DNA of 64,000 nt from Botryllus schlosseri (taxonomy: Eukaryota). The stretch lies in the NCBI GenBank assembly GCA_051294905.1, contig CM119375.1, positions 9,238,001-9,302,000 of the forward strand. Reading direction: 5' to 3'. Below, piece after piece: positions 47,216 to 59,206 of the stretch. The notes under the pieces are model-generated. The model did no database searches, was not told the DNA's origin, and saw only the letters and a program-made list of their open reading frames with translations. Numbering within the stretch: the stretch's first letter is position 1; each line of letters starts with the position of its first letter. The translations under genes were made by a program, and so were the position numbers.

Positions 47216-48043
47216 CAATTTCAATCAGGCAGTAACAAAAATTTTCGGAGCAGAATGTGACGTCACTGTTGTGATGTGACGTAATGACACGGAGACATTG
47301 ATGACGCAATGTCAGGAATCCCAAATGGGGGTGTGTTTCTCTCACACCGGCAACGCTAATTCGCGCCTGTTAATAAGTAAGACATGAAATCCGATGCGAG
47401 TCCAGACTGTGTTATTCGTCACGTGCCATTTCTAATTGGGAATAACTACATTGTCCTAGTTCGAAACAAACTCGAATCGTGTTTTGCTACACGACGGATA
47501 CGTGATTCTCGGTACGAATGTAGTTTGTATTATCTCAGCAAAATTAACACCAACAAAACACGCGCTAGCAACTTAAAACCGTGGAAAACAATTACCTGGC
47601 AGATATACAGGAATGTTGACGGGATTTCGGAATGCGAAAATAAACATATGGATACCGAAGTTGAAGTCGTGTGTATTACGAGAACTCCGCTTACAGAAAG
47701 GGATAAAGAGACATATACAGAGAGAGAACATGAATATCAAGCTCCGCACCATGTATTTCCAGATTGGGCAGCGAGTAGAATTTGTTTTTGCATATCATAT
47801 ATTCGGAAATGTGTCAATTTAATATTGTAGGAATATTGACCCAGCGCCATCAATTCTACCGCATAGGCAACCCAGACTTGTAGTTTACTATCACACCATC
47901 CTCTTGCGACTGTGAGTCTGTGACTATTAAATTCTGCGTGATGGCTATTCCACAGTTACGTCGAAGTGCCGAAGCGCACTGATGTACTTTATTTACTACG
48001 ATCTACTGAGTTTCTTCGTTGTCTTCGAGTATGCTTTTAGATA

Positions 48044-48176
48044 NNNNNNNNNNNNNNNNNNNNNNNNNNNNNNNNNNNNNNNNNNNNNNNNNNNNNNNNN
48101 NNNNNNNNNNNNNNNNNNNNNNNNNNNNNNNNNNNNNNNNNNNNNNNNNNNNNNNNNNNNNNNNNNNNNNNNNNNN
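48044..48176. other. Assembly gap (133 N)
   Basis: Run of N. Confidence 1.
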
Positions 48177-48218
48177 GGCACTTTCCAGTGTCCATCGGAC
48201 AAATTGCATCAAGAAAGA

Positions 48219-48270
48219 TAATATGATTTGATATGATATGATAATATGATATGATCGCTGATATGATTTT

Positions 48271-48323
<53 letters not shown>

Positions 48324-48330
48324 AACAAAA
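48219..48330. repeat. Compound microsatellite: imperfect (GATAT)n, then (CA)n and (CAAA)n
   Basis: Directly visible next to the gap. Confidence 0.92.
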
Positions 48331-51300
48331 AACATACATATACGCACGTACAATGGACTTAACACAGGTAAATGTAACGAAAGGATAGTCTATGATGCGA
48401 GTGACAAATCTAATTACTATAACCTCCCATTAGAGTGACTCAATATTGTCAAGTTGATTTCGCCAACTATCGCTTACAATAATTATTCCTGCCCTATTCA
48501 AGCTAGGGGTGTAAGTTGTGTCGATAAAAATGTATTACTTCTCTGCTTTCAATGTGGGTATTGAATCTTCATTATTAACAAAAACATAAAAATGAATATT
48601 ACTAGAAACGATGAAACGATTCTTAGCATCGCAACCCGCAATGCTACTTTCGGGTTCTTGTTTCAATTAAATCATATCCGCACGACTGAATTTTGAATAC
48701 TCACTGTCATGCGATTACATATTTTCGTAACGTTCTCATTTTAGTAAACCTGTGGCATCCTGCAATACCTGGCCGTAGATATATCCGTATTTTTGGCAAG
48801 CGACGAAGTCTTGACATTGGCGGATAATACAGGAGTTCAAGTATCTAAAGTCTGTACAACACCGAGTGCTTCCTGGTCACAACTTTTCTCGCATTGTTCT
48901 CGCCACAAGCAACCATTTTCGCCCATATTATTACCGTAACGTAGCAATTACGCTATAGAAAATTACCACGTTCCAAAACGCACACATGGTAGTTAGATAG
49001 TTGACAGCACTTTCGTGCCCAGAGGATAACGAGATACATACGGGGCACAGACAACCCGGTGGTCGCAGTAGGGAGGCGCTCTACATCCGTGTGTATAATC
49101 ATTTCGGAATTTGCACGTGCGTCCGAATAACGACCGAAAACCTTCGCCGAAAGTCCCTCCACGGAATTCACATGCTTTGAAACTGGCGCGGGAAAATACT
49201 TGTAATACGTACTACTCATCTGGTGACGCAATATAGTTAAATCACCAAACTGCTTGTTTGGCGGTGCGTTAATCGTTTGTGGTCATTTCGTAATATTGAC
49301 CAGTTCCACCCGTCGCTCAGGTCTAAGTCGCTCAAGGTTATGATTTTTACTGATAACTTCCACTATCGCTGACATTTATCGATGTGTATTGTTGAATAGA
49401 AAATCTGTGTCACAACGTACGTTCTTTCGGTTTCAGCCGCATTTATGATAAGGTCCCGAAATTTATGCGGCGCACAAAAGTAACTGAATAAAATGAGGTG
49501 GATTATCCGATGTTTACAACGGCGAAAATGCGTAACGGGTTATGATTACCGTAGAATGTAGATAAACAATAACACCGATGTAAAACTCCCAATTTTCCAC
49601 CACATACAACCGCATAATCGGAAGCTATATTGATGCAGTGCCCGGCTGGATGATCTTATCTGCACTACACGCGTTAGATTTTAATGGCATCCAGATTTAA
49701 TGTCATTCTGTATTTTAATACTGTGATTTTGGACTTAAATTTATATAGTAGGTTTGCCGACATGTGCGAGAAACAGGCTGTATTTATAATGAGTTAAAGA
49801 GAGCCACATAAAAATCACATACAACGGTAAAATTATCAAAAACATATAACAGGATATCAATATCATAAACCATACGCCCTATCGCAATTGATACACTCTA
49901 CGAGTTCGTTTTTCGGAGGGGGATAAACTATATGTTGGTGTATTTTCGAGAGAGTATAAATAATTTAAAGTAATCTACCTCGCACATTATGCAGTCTGAT
50001 AGGATACAAAATGCAAACTGCATTTACTTAAAGGCATATATGTTTGATATGAAGATATTCGGGGCTCGACTGCAGGTACGAAATTCGAAACGTCACAGGT
50101 TTGGGTAGGCCTACTCATTTCTAGTTACGACCCATGAGTCCATGACACCGATTTTTGTTATCAGTAATATCTGATAGTAGAAGGTTTGTGCTTCTGTGGC
50201 CGATCAAACAAAAGTCTAGCATGTACTGTACAACATGTACCACGCGCAATCTGCACCTGTGTATAGCTTGTGTGGCTCGCACAGCGCGTTACCGACCTTC
50301 GTTGACTGAAATCGCCGAAGTACGATGTAAGTTTCACTCCCGCACGAAGAGGAGTATCGTAACGGTTCGTCTTGATCGACAAAACCAAATGTCTGCCATT
50401 AAATAATTAGATTTGTAGTTTCTCAATGAAGGATATCTCAGATATTGTGTTGTGCGTCGGGGCGAAAAAGTTCAAGTTGCTAGAGCCTATTATCGCGACA
50501 CTACCGAGAGATATGTGCCATGTACCTTTGTGTGTAACTTAAAACGACATTTCCGAAAATAACCTGCACTCGCGGTTAGTTGAACTTGACTTTGTCTCGT
50601 CTCGTCGACAATTCGACATGCAAAGCCGAAATATATGACGCGGTGCTGTTATTCAAGTAGAATCTTCTCGTAGGCTCGTAGTTTCGAATTTAACTTTTAC
50701 TGTAAGATCACCCCGTGATATGACGGAGTTTAGGAAGCAGTTATTCAATACCCACAATCTCATTGAATATCCCTATCTACGTAATAATGCGATAAGTGAC
50801 TCGATCGCTTTACACGGGCTCGGTGAGTTGGCAAAAACATTTTGGTTACAACACAATGTAAGGGACATCGCCTGCAAAGAATATAGCAGCATGCCATATG
50901 GTTCAAAGACAATGCACACAAAGACTGCTTCACAAAGTTGCATAAATCATGCGATTTAAAAGTTGATAATATGTCCATACCATCTTGTACCACGATGCGT
51001 AATTACTCTGAAATCATCACCGTATTAGAAAGAAAGATGCTCCTTATCGCGTGAGATCTCGCATAGGATATGGTCAACAAAAGAATGATGTCCGATACTT
51101 CCAGATAAAGAAATAGCAATATTGTATTGCGAGATTTGTGACCTACCACTGTAATTTTAACACTCACCATTTTTTCAATAGCCTTGCTTCTAACTTTTTA
51201 ATACTGATAGTCCGAACTTGCACCACTCTGGCAAAAATCTCATGGAGTCGAAGGAGATTGACCCGCCGTGGCCGAAATAATAATGACGAATAATGTGAAC

Positions 51301-53772
51301 TGTACAATTTACATTACACCAGTCTAGCGCTTATCTCGGGATTCGATCCCTAGTCCATCCACAGAAGCGTACTATTTCGTCTGCATTGCAACTACGACGA
51401 ACGGACATCGTTACGAAATACACTCGTTTTTCGAAATTATCTCACTACGTCATGCATAATTTGCGGGTGTAAGATTATTAAAACGAAGTGCTCTGCAGAC
51501 CTGGCGTTTCCTCGTTAGAATTAACGGCCGAAAAGTCTTGTAGACATTTCTCAAAACTGTATGATTCCAAATGGAATTCATATATCTCTGATATAGAGCA
51601 CCAGCATAAGCAGTTGAGCACTGAACCTATGTAAAAGTGTTGATACGTGCGAAGTAAAAATGAACGACATTCTAATCTGTCGTTAATCGGACAGTAAAAT
51701 TTAGAGTGCAAATTATCGAGAACATACAATGAGAGAAACAGAGAAACATAGGCCCAATACCTTCGTCTTCTAAACTGAAACTCGATAGGCGATGATAATA
51801 ACGTAGTACATTCAAATCACATCAAGTATGCCTATACGATTAGGAAAATAATACCGATCGACTCGACCCAAATGGAAACGGGATTTCTATGCGATCACAG
51901 CACACAAAAAATAACACGAATTTCATGCTTAGCTTGGTCCGCTAATTATGACATCACCAAATCCAAGTAAACAATTCCTAAATAATCGCATTTAACCGTA
52001 CGCTCTGATGTAACATTGCTCATTCCATAAACTCATGAAGAAACACCGATTGCATCACTTTTGCTGTTACGCCATACAGGTTTCGCAAAATTATCAGCAT
52101 AACAGTAGATATTATAATTGGCAAACTGTTACCCACAACGAACTGCCGCCGCTTCTGTATAGGCTTGCCGTAAAATTTCTGCGAGTACGACTACGAGTAC
52201 ATAATATAAAGTGCTACTCTGTTCCTAGTGCACATTGTTACCACATTCTCCAGCATGACATGGAGCAAGAGTCACGCCGAAACTAACATTAACGTCAGTT
52301 ACATACATAAAATGGACGTAGCCTATACTATCGTTAAGGTAGTCGGGGAAGCACTCTGTCTGATGCTATCCCTGTTCAAAACCTGTGATATCATCATAAA
52401 CACTTGCGCTGTCATCGTGATATAAACACTTGACATCGGCGGTACTTGAAGCTTAAACCTGGAACCAAGTTCTGTTGTTAATGGCCAATCTAACCTAAAC
52501 ACTGATTACCACCGCGCTGGTTGCTCATACATGCCGGGACGCAATCTGTAGTCTCTACAGCGTTTGCATGAATTGCATGTATCGCTGACGTAAATGGAAG
52601 CGGCATGGATGTAGTATCAGGCGCTGTTGATCTTGATGAAAATATGATGTCCATATATTGAGCACATGTCGAATTATTGGTGAGAACACAATACTCGGTG
52701 TGACTGTCCGCAGTGTCCAGTACATGCATTCAAAGCACGCCCAATATCTCATGCACTACATGTGGGATAGGTATACGGGAATGCCAATTCCACATCAGGG
52801 GTGTAACAGAGGGGAGAAGACTGCGCCCTTATACCTATGTAATGATTTGTGGGTTTGTACTTTGTTCACGTCATATACTATTCGTTTCTGCGGAACAGTG
52901 TATCTGTGACATTGCGAATCGTTGACAGGGTTTACCGTACTCCAGATTTCCACCCCGCCCACCCATACTGGGATAAAATGGGAGAAACAAAAGAGTGATC
53001 GCTTTTTGTAAGAATAATACATATACAACATACACTTATACTGGTATCTATGCTCGATTACCCGCCCACAGCAGAAATCAGATGTTTTCTGGCATCATAT
53101 TCAGACCGTTGAGAGGCAAATTGTCTGTACTGTGCTATGCCCGAATCCTGCAGCTTAGTGTCTCAAGCTACGGTTGCAGGTAGCCGACAGCATGATCTTA
53201 CAATATTACAGCTAATTATTACTTGTCAATCTCAGTCGACCAAATACCCCTGTCCACTATATCCATCGATCGGATGTGATGCAGGTATTTCAACAACGAT
53301 GGCAAATTATGCGCTGTGGCGCGCAATGATCTACGAGTTTCCGCGGCAATGAATATAGCTTGGCCCAAGAGCGCGACATTGATAGCTTGTATACCTCGTT
53401 CGCGTTGGTTCCTCGTTGAATTCGCCATGTTGCACTGACTCATGCCACGTCCGGATAATCACAATGATATTTTCAATCACAAAACTGTATGCTGGAGTTT
53501 ATAAGTAGGCTAAATCGGGAGTACCTCTGTGAGACGCGCTCAAGCTCCTGTGAACTAGTAATGTAATGCAATGCCGTAGTCACGTAGTAGCGAGAAATTG
53601 GTCGAATCAGATTCAAATTATAACGAGACTAACATGGGGAATTTAAATATAGCTTGGCATTTGTTATTTATTCGTAAACCTTCGTTGATGTGAAGCATAA
53701 TAATGATAATGTCTTTCAAACACTACTGATGACATAGCACCGAGAATAGTGTTGATTGGCAATCATCATCAC

Positions 53773-53950
53773 GAGGGCATGTTTTTGTTGCACTAAAATC
53801 GCGAGAAAGTTGCATTTAATTTTAGCCAAAGTTGCGGTAAAAAGTTGAATTTGTAATTGTTGCTGAATTATTAATGTATGAGGTACTCGAAAGGTTTTGT
53901 TGTATAACTTAGTTCCTGCAGAGCTGTCAAATTTGTTACTTTATTGCCGT
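53773..53950. mobile_element. One-ended fragment of the 25547-26421 family
   Basis: High similarity to 25547-25720 (CTAAAATCGCGAGAAAGTTGCATT, TACTCGAAAGGTT, TTCCTGCAGAGCTGTC). Confidence 0.85.
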
Positions 53951-56833
53951 TTAACGCACAATACAATAATATTTTTATTTCAACTTGCACAGAGTGAGAA
54001 ATCGGCGCAGTGGCATTAAAATTAGATCCCGCGTTAAAGACACTTGACGTGTGACATTTACCGATATGCTGTATAAAATCACGCAGGCTACCTTAACTCA
54101 TAAAAATAAGTATCTATTATCTGGTTATGCTACAACGGGATGTTAATTAATTAAAAGTTGTTCATAATGAGAATTGAACCATACGTCTTTTCGGTTCGTG
54201 TCAGCGGAATAATCGTTCCAGAACGCGTCCTTGCTACTATTTTCAATGCTTCCAAATATGGTCCCGCAGTATTGCGCGAAGTTCCATCTGCTTATGTTAT
54301 TGTCGTAAAGGGGAATGTTTCGATACCGACTTATCGAATAAAGTCACGTAGTTTCAGTTCAAATTAGAGGCGAAAGCTAATCGCTCGTTTTCCGGAGCAT
54401 TTTGTCAACAAGTAACGAGCAGTCGAAAAATCAGTAGTTGAACTAATTATTGCATAACCGATTTTGCTACGCATGGAAACGCCGAGCTTTTTGTCATATT
54501 ATATAACCACAGTATAAATTCGACGATAGCCAGCGATCCACTGCGTTTTTTTAAACATATCACATTGTGATCTGCAACATCAACTGTCATGCTATAGCTG
54601 ATATGCCACGTCAACTATAACACAAAGGAACTATGCGTCCACGTCCTACGAAACAATGCGTCGGGTATAGGTGCAGAAGATTCGAGATATTATCAATAAA
54701 TTTATTTTGCTAACGTAAATCCAGCAGGTAACTAAAGTTACGCTAAAGAAATGTAACACGAAGGGTTTAGCAAAGATTTTACCCGTATCAAGGTTTTCGA
54801 TTTGCCAGACTCGCCAAGCGACTGACCTGCAGACTACGGCCGAATTTAGACCGACTAATATAGTATTACATTTGATAATTAGATTTCCGTTACTAAAATA
54901 TCAAATTAGTGTTACGAAATTAGCTCAGAGAATGACTCATAGCGTGTGCGACATTCATTGCGCATTGGGCTGTTATTTATGCGTAATGGGGTCAACGAAT
55001 GACAAATACAGAGTGCAAAGTGTCCGAAGTAGAATGGAATAAAATCCCGCTTATGAATTAGGCGTTTGGTCAGACTCAATATACTATACATCACGTATTG
55101 CGCATAGTTTGCGCAATTAGTGGATAATATGTGAGTTAGTTGACCATTCGAACAGTCTTTTTATTTGACTGGGCAATGCTCAGTGAGCAATGGGCATATA
55201 TATTTGATTCGCATCAATTTGATATCAAGGCCACAATTTGATCAACGATCGCAAGTGATGTCTCGTGCATGCATAGACAACTGACCACTTATGTATTATG
55301 GTATGAGATGGCGTGGTGGATATTGCATTATGAATTTCGCCAAGATATCACTATATATAATCCACATTCCGTTTTCATTGATCTGCATACACGACAAGTC
55401 ATTGATATGCTCAAACTATATACAGAACATGGGGCTTGTACCGGTAAACATTGCACAAGTACAGCTGCAATGATAACGGTTGAGAGCTTTAAGATGGAGT
55501 AATGATCTGGTCACGACGATGCTCGCGAAGATATCTGTGTAATAAAAGTTTGAATTATACAGTTGTACAACAAGATTTGACCTTATCATGTTGGTGTCGT
55601 GTCAAGGCAAATCATATGACACCCAGTGGCTTGCACAGCTCATCTTGTTTTGAGAGTAAATGACCTTACACATCTACAAACATTTGTTCTATTTTTGAAA
55701 GAATTAGTACTAGAATATGGTTAGAGTAGACAGATTAATGATTTCTTATATTGTCTGTGTGTGGGAACTACACTTCGCAGCATCAAGCGGCGAGTATCGT
55801 GCTATTATCACCTTATTATGCAGACGTTCAAGTTATCTACTGTGTTTACACATCACAGCATTCGCGATTTTATCTATCGCTGCAAATTGTTGCGACAGCG
55901 ACGGCGCAAACTGGAAAAAAACTTTCCTGAACCATCTCTCCGTCATGCCCTGTATGCTATGTTTCAATCGACAATATTGAGTAGTATTTCGTGACGACCG
56001 ATTTAAGCAGATTAATTTATAGTATAATTGATCTCATGTTGGTACTATAACAAAAACACGTATGCCGGACGTGCGTTGGCTTGTGCGGTATCGTGGATCT
56101 TTAAACTGCAACACTACACGGCATTATAGACTAGGATCAGTAAGATGAAATGTCAGTGTGGAGGATTTGAATCAAATTTCCGATGCGTTTCTGAATTTCT
56201 TAAGGATAGGAGCGACGTATTTTTAAAAATATATAATCACGCCATACTGGGTCCGCGGTACTGCAGATAACTATCTTCCGCAGGATAGTTATTCATAGTT
56301 GTAGTCTTTATCCTTCCATTCAATGCGTTACTGCGCATTGTGCCAAAATAAGGTACAATTTCGTTTCTCAAAAAGTATTGATTTTGTGCTCCAGTGCTTC
56401 CACGGTCAACGTGTCGCTGGCTGTTTTAGCAATGGTTTTAGGTTTATGATTCCGGAGATGGCTACTCCATAGTTCCGGACATCAGCGTTTAATGTGAATG
56501 GAAGGATTGTAAATAAACTGTTCTTATGCTCAGCAGTCAAACAGAACTTTTTCAGGACCCCAAAACGCTGGGCTTGGAACTACAATAGCTTATGGAATAG
56601 AATTTCAGGAGGGTTCGCTTCGCCTCTCAGATCCCTTTACTTCTGGGTTTCATCACTGCCACAGGAAAGTTGTACAATGTACTTGAATATACCATTCACA
56701 AACACGGGTACTTTTCCGTAGCCAATGAAGTCCGGTATTATGCGATCCGAGAACGAACCGGAATAGGTAATGGCGAGAGCAAAACTTATCTATCTAATTA
56801 TTTCGATCTGCTTTTCAGACATTTTTTCCTAAG

Positions 56834-56886
56834 CGAATACAGTTGGACTTATTTCTCATAATCCCGAATACAGTTGGACTAATTTC
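56834..56886. repeat. 22-bp direct repeat at 31-bp spacing
   Basis: CGAATACAGTTGGACT(T/A)ATTTC twice. Confidence 0.85.
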
Positions 56887-57594
56887 CATTTATTATGCGT
56901 TTTTCTATTGAGATGATTTTGGAGGGGTAACCGTTTTAAAATAATATATCAAGTGAGAGTAAATCGCGCAAGGCGCGAAGAAAAGTGTTATGTCGAATAA
57001 ATCTGCCAAAAGCATTCCAGTTTATGTTGATTTAATATATCATTTTAGACCCCGTTCGAGCTTGCCTTGGGATCGGTTGCTACAGGCCTGCATGTTATCG
57101 CAGCGCCTGGGGAACACCAAGTATTAAATCACTAAATCTGATTACAGAGTATATGCACTCTGCTTACGTGACCTTTTGAAGCGTCAAGCCACTGACACGC
57201 TGTTGGAATGTTTTACATCGTGCAGACACCCAAGCCGCTGACTTGACTCGAATACGACGAGTAAATTAACTTCAACATCCGTGAATTGCCGTTGAAATAC
57301 TGGTCACGACTTTTAGTAAACGGCAAAACAACATATCCATGACAAGAGCTTGACCACAGACGCGATCTACGGCGACAAGGGATATCGTGACAGATACATC
57401 TCATAATCTTATCATGAATCTCGGCCGGAGTTACTCCATATGTCTGCGGATTGCTAAATCGGTGTAAAGGCATACAAACATACATAAACCGTACACCCGT
57501 ATATACGCTGTATTGTATACGAAAACAATATAAATGTCATTCCGAATATATGACGCACGAGTTGCGGCAATGCAGTCCTAAAGTAAACCTGCCT

Positions 57595-57975
57595 CAGACA
57601 TGATGTCCGAAGGGCGGAATACAATGCGAACATACCAAGGGCATGACGTCCGAGTGGCAAAATAGCCCAAACCTTTCCCCAGACACGATTCCCGATTGGC
57701 GGAACACAGTGCGAACATACCCCAGACATGATGTCCGAACACACCCTAGACACCATGTCCGAGAAGCAACACAGTACGACTATACCACAGACATGATATC
57801 CGAATGGAGACACAGTACAAATCTACCCCAGACATGATGTCCGAGTGGCGGAACACAATGCGAACCTACCGCAGATATGATGTCCGAGTGCCAACAATGT
57901 CCGAACATGCCCCATACATGGTGCCCGAGGGGTAATACAGTCCGAATCTATCGCAGACATAATGCTGTCCGGCCG
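57595..57975. repeat. Degenerate minisatellite, ~10 units of 41-43 bp (one 24-bp unit), core CAGACATGATGTCCGA
   Basis: Core positions 57599, 57642, 57684, 57727, 57751, 57792, 57833, 57876, 57917, 57958. Confidence 0.88.
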
Positions 57976-58199
57976 TTGGCATACAATACCTGTCTACGAA
58001 GCGACCAGCAATCGGTATCTGCATCTGTACACTTTACCGTGAGTCATGTGTTGTGCATCTATACGCAGGTTAGTTATCCATGTTGAGAACCACTTAAATC
58101 TAGTCACCAAGGTAGAGACCAGAAAAATAGCACCGATGATGAGCAGCAATTATATCATTAACCGTACCTATATTCCGTGGAAATAACCAGGCTTGTCAA

Positions 58200-58365
58200 A
58201 GACTTGTAGCGTTGAAGTAGAAATAGAAGTAGTGTCTATACTCAGATGCATGTAGGACGTAGGCAGATATAGCGATTTTTAACACATTTCAAAACTATCA
58301 ACTGGAAGTAGATAATCGAGGGTCTAAAAATACTGAAGTAAGTAGTTCCGAAAAATAGAAAAGGC
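58200..58365. mobile_element. Decayed fragment of the 4760-6042 family (reverse orientation)
   Basis: AGTAGAAATAGAAGTAG ... AAGTAAGTAGTTCCGAAAAATAGAA resembles the reverse complement of 4770-4870. Confidence 0.5.
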
Positions 58366-58821
58366 TGAGGTCTGAGGGGTCGCACACTTTTAGCTGTCAA
58401 CAGGAAATCGATATATTCGAAATTGCAGATTGCATCTTCGCGAGTATACCCCAAAATGACTAATGACATTACGAATAGACGCAATCCTTAAAACTATATC
58501 TGAGTATGCTCCAGGATGATACAGTGGTTATTTCACATTACGGCTATATCACTCATAAAGGCGATGGAAAGTTATCCAAAAGTTTCTTTCTAACATTAGA
58601 ATCAAAATTGTAAGATTCATGTAGTCTTGCTTATACAAAAAAATTGAGTAAAATTGGGATTGACCCGAAAACGTAACCTCTTGAGTGAGAAGCGCAGGTA
58701 CGAAAACCCTAATTGAGCATTATGAAAAACTAGAAGTGAATCATCACTGATCACCTCTAAAAACATCTAGGATTTGATCACCTACTGGATTTAAGTTACT
58801 TAGAAATATGAGTGACTAGAA

Positions 58822-59206
58822 TAGGGTTGCATTTAAAACAAAAATCAATTTAAAAAACCATGTTTAAGACATGGCTGTTATTTGCAACATGTTTTTAATA
58901 TTTTTAACTATCCATGACGTCACGAATCTTTAGTTGTGATGTCACAGTGGATTGACACCGACGATTGAAAATAAAGAGTGAATATGGCTCGTTTGACAAA
59001 AAAGGGTTCCGACACGTGTCATAAACGGACAAAAATATATTTAACCAGGACTACATCGTAATGCAGCATTTTTACGGTCGTACCATATGTTTTGACGAAA
59101 GTATTTACACAATTACGTTTTTGAAAAATACATTGTTTTTTTTAGAACATTGTTCAAAACATGTTTTAAACAAAGTGTTTTAAAACACCATTCACACGCA
59201 ACCCTA
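58822..59206. mobile_element. MITE with TGTTTT/AAAACA repeats (TIR TAGGGTTGC)
   Basis: TIRs; TSD GACTAGAA/GACCAGAA. Confidence 0.85.

Noticed and set aside
47384-47830. 148-aa plus-strand ORF
   Set aside because: No recognisable domain, splice partners or coding-like composition; compatible with chance in 64 kb, although only BLAST or RNA-seq could exclude it.
48003-48339. ORFs spanning the N run
   Set aside because: Artefacts of the assembly gap and the adjacent (CA)n repeat.
57595-57975. CRISPR-like repeat-spacer appearance
   Set aside because: The 'spacers' are homologous to each other, the repeats are short and degenerate, there are no cas genes, and the context is a spliced eukaryotic locus. 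It is a minisatellite.
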